Source of the DNA: Chiloscyllium plagiosum
Lineage: Eukaryota
NCBI RefSeq assembly: GCF_004010195.1
Contig: NC_057753.1
Coordinates: 8,100,902 to 8,157,697 of the forward strand
DNA: 56,796 nucleotides
Direction: 5' to 3'
This document shows positions 52,305 to 56,796 of this stretch, in pieces. Below the pieces are notes generated by a model. The model worked only from the letters and a program-made list of their open reading frames with translations, did no database searches and was not told the DNA's origin. Position numbers and translations under genes: made by a program. Position 1 is the stretch's first letter; every line of letters starts with the position of its first letter.

Positions 52305-52505
52305 CTTCAAGAAAGCTCATTCAAGTTTGTGAGAGATAATTTCCCACGCACAACGCCATGTTGACGATACTTAATCAGACCTTTCCTTTCCAAATACATG
52401 TACATCCTATCACTCAGGCTGACTGGTCTATAATACCACCTTTATTGAACAGTGGCACCACGTTAGCCAATGTCCAGTCTTCTGGCACCTCACCTGTGAT
52501 TATCG
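52305..52505 (-). mobile_element. Remnant of host CR1, inverted paralog of 26213-26430
   Basis: Reverse complement matches the left arm, including the junction to flanking DNA and a shared short deletion after ccagtcagcctgag. Confidence 0.75.
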
Positions 52506-53023
52506 ATTTTGCTAATTTGATCCAATTACAAAACAAAAGCTAATTGCTCTGTTTTTTATTGACCAGACAACTCGGTAGCAGGGTTACAACATTTGTTTTC
52601 AGACGAACGATGACAGAACAAATTCTCATTAAATGGAACATTTGGCGTTCACTCCATCACGTAGGCTAGAGGCAAAATCAATCAACAGACCCAATAAAGA
52701 AAGAAACGCGTTGCTGATGGAAAGCGGGATAAAGTGTGTTGGGGAGCAGGTAGTAAAATGAAATTGAAACCAGGATAAGATGAGCCATGATCGTGATATA
52801 TGGTGAAGCGCAATTACCCACACCTGCTCCTAAGTCCTATGCGCCTATGTCCATAATGGTGTGTGTACCATTGAGAGAGAGCAAGAGACTGGGATAAATT
52901 AATGATTTATAAAGATTTCCCAGCAGTTCCATGGTTTTCTAATCTGCATTTCTATTTATGAACCTCGATACTATGATTTATATTTTAGCAGACATACCTC
53001 TTTCTATTATCAGAAATATATTA

Positions 53024-53524
53024 TTGTGCAGTTTTGGTCGCCACTCTATAGGAAGGATGTGGAGGCACTGGAACTGGTGCAGAGGAGGTTTACCAGGATG
53101 TTGCCTGGTATGGTAGGAAGATCGTATGAGGAAAGGCTGAGGCACTTGGGGCTGTTTTCATTGGAGAAAAGAAGGTTTAGGGGTGACTTGATAGAGGTGT
53201 ACAAGATGATTAGGGGTTTAGATAGGGCTGAGCATGAGAATCTTTTTCCACGTATGGAGTCAGCAATAAGAGGGGGCATAGCTTTAAATGAAGGGGTGGT
53301 AGGTATAGGACAGATGTTCGGGGTAGATTCTTTACTCAGCGAGTCGTGAGTTCGTGGAATGCCTTGCCAGTAGCAGTGGTGGACTCTCCCTCTTTATGGG
53401 CATTTAAACGGGCATATAGAGGATAGTGGGCTAGTGTAGGTTAGGTGGGCTTGGATCGGCGCAACATCGAGGGCCAAAGGGCCTGTACAGCGTTGTATTT
53501 TTCTATGTTCTATGTTCTATGTTC
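53024..53524 (+). mobile_element. Young 5'-truncated CR1 upstream of copy C
   Basis: TSD TATTA at 53019-53023/53525-53529; empty site at ~25686-25690. Confidence 0.93.
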
Positions 53525-54385
53525 TATTAGTTTGCCCAGAATGTCATTTTCTCCCTGCATTCTATGTGGAATTGCCCCAATTACTTAATATTACCTCTTT
53601 TCATTCTTCATAGCAGATGTGTTGTTGAATCTGCTTTTTGTAGGAGTCGTCTTCCAATCCTGATGGCTGGACCATTTCATTATCCTCCTGAACAGTCTGA
53701 ACAGCCATTTCCCCATTCCTCTCTGCATTCTGTATTGTCACCATGAGTCATATTCACACTTCCATTGCAGTCCAGTCTACGTTAATAGATCACATTGACA
53801 TAGATAACATTAAAATTACCGTCCTCACTGATCAAAATTGTGTTCATCAGGTATCTTTCTCTATTAACCGTTTGTCTGTTGTAAACATTGATTTATTTTC
53901 CCTCGTGTATGAACGTTGAAATTTCCCTTAATATTACGCTATCACTACAATGACTGACCAGAATTTACAGAATGTTTCTCGCCCGTTATGGACAGAGATG
54001 CACATCTATGTCCCAACGTCATTTGGATTCACTGCAATGAATGACTATACGCAATCGTTGCACTATATTCAATGTTCCTTCTGTCAGTGATCCTTATATA
54101 TTCCACCTAACATTTTTGCACTATTTCGCATTTGAAAAAAAAGTGTTGAATTGAAAGGAGTTGACTGAAAATGTTTGTTTCGTCACCATGATTAATATTG
54201 GGCCTCCACGGATCCTAGTTATGTCACTAATTGCTTTCGTTCTTCTATTAATAAAGGTCCCTTTCAACGTATTATCTGACAACCTCAGAGGTAGCATCAC
54301 CTCCGACAGTAACAGGGCTCAGCAGATCGAGAGAGAGGGGCAGAGAGATCAGAATTGAGAAACGTAGAATCCGAATTTTCCAAAA

Positions 54386-54602
54386 ATGGAATGGATTTAC
54401 AGAATAATCGACTGCAATGTTCCTACAAAGAACCAAAATTTGAGAACGGCCGAGCGGACTGATGCGGTTTATCACCGGGGTTTATCTGAAGGTCTTTACT
54501 GGCTTTCTCAGGATCAGATATCATTATCATGGCGGATCTATTATTTACTTTTTGTTATTCAAAGTGGTTACTACCCAATCCTTGCTATTGTTGGTGTTCC
54601 TG
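54386..54602 (+). CDS. gpr139-like: GPR139-like copy C, exon 1 (exon 2 not in window)
   Basis: Open 217-nt exon, 66/72 aa identical to copy B exon 1, with donor CCTG|GTAAGT at 54602/54603. Confidence 0.78.
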
Positions 54603-54983
54603 GTAAGTCAATTTGTCTGTCTATTAAAACAAGTTGAACTAATTGCTATTCCTGACATTTACATTTTGTAAAGATGGGAGATAATATCGTCAGTTCCAAT
54701 TAGAAGTGTCATTCATTCCAAATTTTTTTAAAAATTGCCATTACTAATGACTAGCATATATTTATAAACCCCTCCAACATCAATATCTGAGGAACCAGAC
54801 GGCTCGCAGAGTTCTTGATTCTATTTGGCCTGCTCTGCTTTATGTCTCCAGATCCTTTCCAGCAGCACCAGCAAAACATGGTGCTCTCCACCTCAGCCTC
54901 ATTGCAGGTTCTGTGCTTTTGACAAACCCGACTCAACTCTTCCAAGTCTCTTCTGGCTGCGTTTCGACTTACAATGAAAATAC

Positions 54984-55561
54984 TGTGACGAAAATGCTCC
55001 TTTAACAATTGGATTTTGCCTTTGGTTTATTTTCGAGAGGGGTCATAAAGGAAGAGGTGCTGAAAGGTCTGAACTGGCTATTGTAATAATGCCTAACGGA
55101 ACAATTATTGAAAGCATTCAGGGCTTTTTTAACACTTGTACAATGAAGGAGAAGCGGCCAGTTCTCACAGTTCAGAGATTTTAAAGTTTTGTGTTAGCTT
55201 TTGCTGAGCACCCAAAGAAACAGCTCCATGCTAAAACTCTCCCTCTCTCTGTTATTTTCTTTTCCTTCAGAACCTATGTTTGAGTTTACTTTATTCTAAG
55301 GGGTGCGTTTATGGGATTTTGCAGGAAATATTAACAGCTCTTTCTGAAGTTGGGTTTTCGTGTCAGTTGGGTTTTCAGATATTTATATTATTCTAAATTC
55401 AGATTTCATTTGTTCGTATGCAAATAAATTCTGTTTTGTTTAGTATCAAATTTTTTGACACGCCATGTCGCTCCCGGAATATTAACTTTCCATCTGCTTA
55501 AAACAACTGGAGAATTTAGGTTCTGGGTTACCTTCTTAAATGTCTGGCCTTGTCCACAACA
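54984..55561 (+). mobile_element. Putative solo LTR in the intron of copy C
   Basis: TGTGAC...CAACA termini, flanks AATAC/ATTAC and AATAAA at 55423-55428. Confidence 0.55.
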
Positions 55562-56017
55562 ATTACACTTGAAACATTAACGTATCTTCCTGCAGATGGG
55601 GAGACATTTTCATGTTGGGCAGAACTTTGATATTAACATGGACGCCCAGGTTAATAATGTAGGGTTTTTGTCCCCATCGGATTAAGGAAATTGGAGAAAT
55701 CTAAGAAGAGCCAATGAAACTGACATCAACCTTTGTAAAAAAATGACATCTGCCTGAGTCATTCCCTTCACTGAATGTTATGCAACCTCCTTTCCCTGGT
55801 ATGGTCTGCTTGTGAATGCAGGCACACAGCAAAGGTGTCTTCCCTGTTATTGTCCCGTGGAAGAGCCGAACAAGGAACCCAGTTCCTGGGAAAGTCAAGG
55901 GGGTCCAAATCGCAGTTTTTACAGGAATACACACATACCATGGAAAGAGGACAAAATAAAAACTACTCCCCTTACACTACTTGTTTCCCTCTTATTACAA
56001 ATGCATTCCTTTCAGTG

Positions 56018-56147
56018 ATTAGATTAGATTCGATTCTGTACAGTGCGGAAACAAGCCCTTCGGCCAACAAGTCCACACCGACCCTCCGAAGAGTAGCCAC
56101 CCAGACCCACTATCCTCTAATTAATGCATCTAACACGATGGGTCATT
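56018..56147 (-). mobile_element. Partial SINE (3' part)
   Basis: (AGATT)n tail and ggaaacaagcccttcggccaacaagtccacacc. Confidence 0.78.
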
Positions 56148-56387
56148 GAGGTAAAAAAGATGACTGCAGATGCTGGAAACCAGATTTTGAATTAGTGGTG
56201 CTGGACGAGCACAGCAGTTCAGGCAGCATCCGTACAGCAGCAAAATCGACGTTTCGGGCAAAAGCCGTTCATCAGGAAAAAAGGCAGAGAGCCTGAGGCG
56301 TGGAGAGATAAACTAGAGGAGGGTGGGAGTGCGTAGAAAGTAGCATAGAGTACAATAGGTGAGTGGGGGAGGGGATGAAGGTGATAG
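56148..56387 (-). mobile_element. Penelope-derived 3' fragment
   Basis: Related to 35600-35880 and contains a hammerhead motif. Confidence 0.72.
56242..56280 (-). ncRNA. Minimal hammerhead ribozyme motif
   Basis: TC-CTGATGA-A-CGGC-TTTT-GCCC-GAAA-CGTC-GA. Confidence 0.6.
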
Positions 56388-56796
56388 ACCATAAGACCAT
56401 AAGACATAGGAGTGGAAGTAAGGCCATTCGGCCCATCGAGTCCACTCCGCCATTCAATCATGGCTGATGCGCATTTCAGCTCCACTTACCAGCGTTCTCC
56501 CCGTAGCCCTTAATTCCTCGAGACAACAAGAAGCCATTCGGCCCATCGAGTCCACTCCGTCATTCAATCATGGCTGATGCGCATTTCAGCTCCACTTACC
56601 AGCGTTCTCCCCGTAGCCCTTAATTCCTCGAGACAACAAGAATCTATCAATCTCGGCCTTGAAGACATTTAGCGTCCCGGCTTCCACTGCACTCCGTGGC
56701 AATGAATACCACAGGCCCACCACTCTCTGGCTGAAGAAATGTCTCCGCATTTCTGTTCTGAAACGACCCCCTCTAATTCTAAGGCTGTGTCCAAGG
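56388..56796 (-). mobile_element. CR1 3' end running off the window, with a 110-bp tandem duplication
   Basis: (GACCATAA)n tail; units 56423-56532 and 56533-56642. Confidence 0.8.

Larger units (their letters stand above)
47315..52305 (-). mobile_element. CR1 5' half (5' UTR, ORF1 esterase, start of endonuclease) split by nested CR1s
   Basis: 47315-48528 and 51822-52305 align with 29825-30150 and 32660-34160. Confidence 0.82.

Overview
Eukaryotic, repeat-dense DNA with assembly gaps, most likely from a cartilaginous fish (inferred from HE1/V-SINE-type tRNA-derived SINEs and abundant CR1 and Penelope-like elements). The host genes form a cluster of two-exon GPR139/GPR142-like class A GPCRs. 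Copy A is a pseudogene (- strand, 12104-11888 + 6111-5240). Copy B is intact and encodes 370 aa (- strand, 24815-24599 + 18416-17521). Copy C is represented only by exon 1 (+ strand, 54386-54602). A and B are tandem duplicates whose exon 2 appears patchily homogenised. B and C lie head-to-head in the arms of a degenerate ~33-kb inverted duplication, whose spacer contains a 500-N scaffold gap. Much of the remaining sequence is nested transposable elements: several CR1 LINE families, SINEs, a Gypsy relic, an intronic solo LTR shared by all three genes, and three Penelope-like families carrying about ten minimal hammerhead-ribozyme motifs. All alignments were done by eye and repeat boundaries are approximate.
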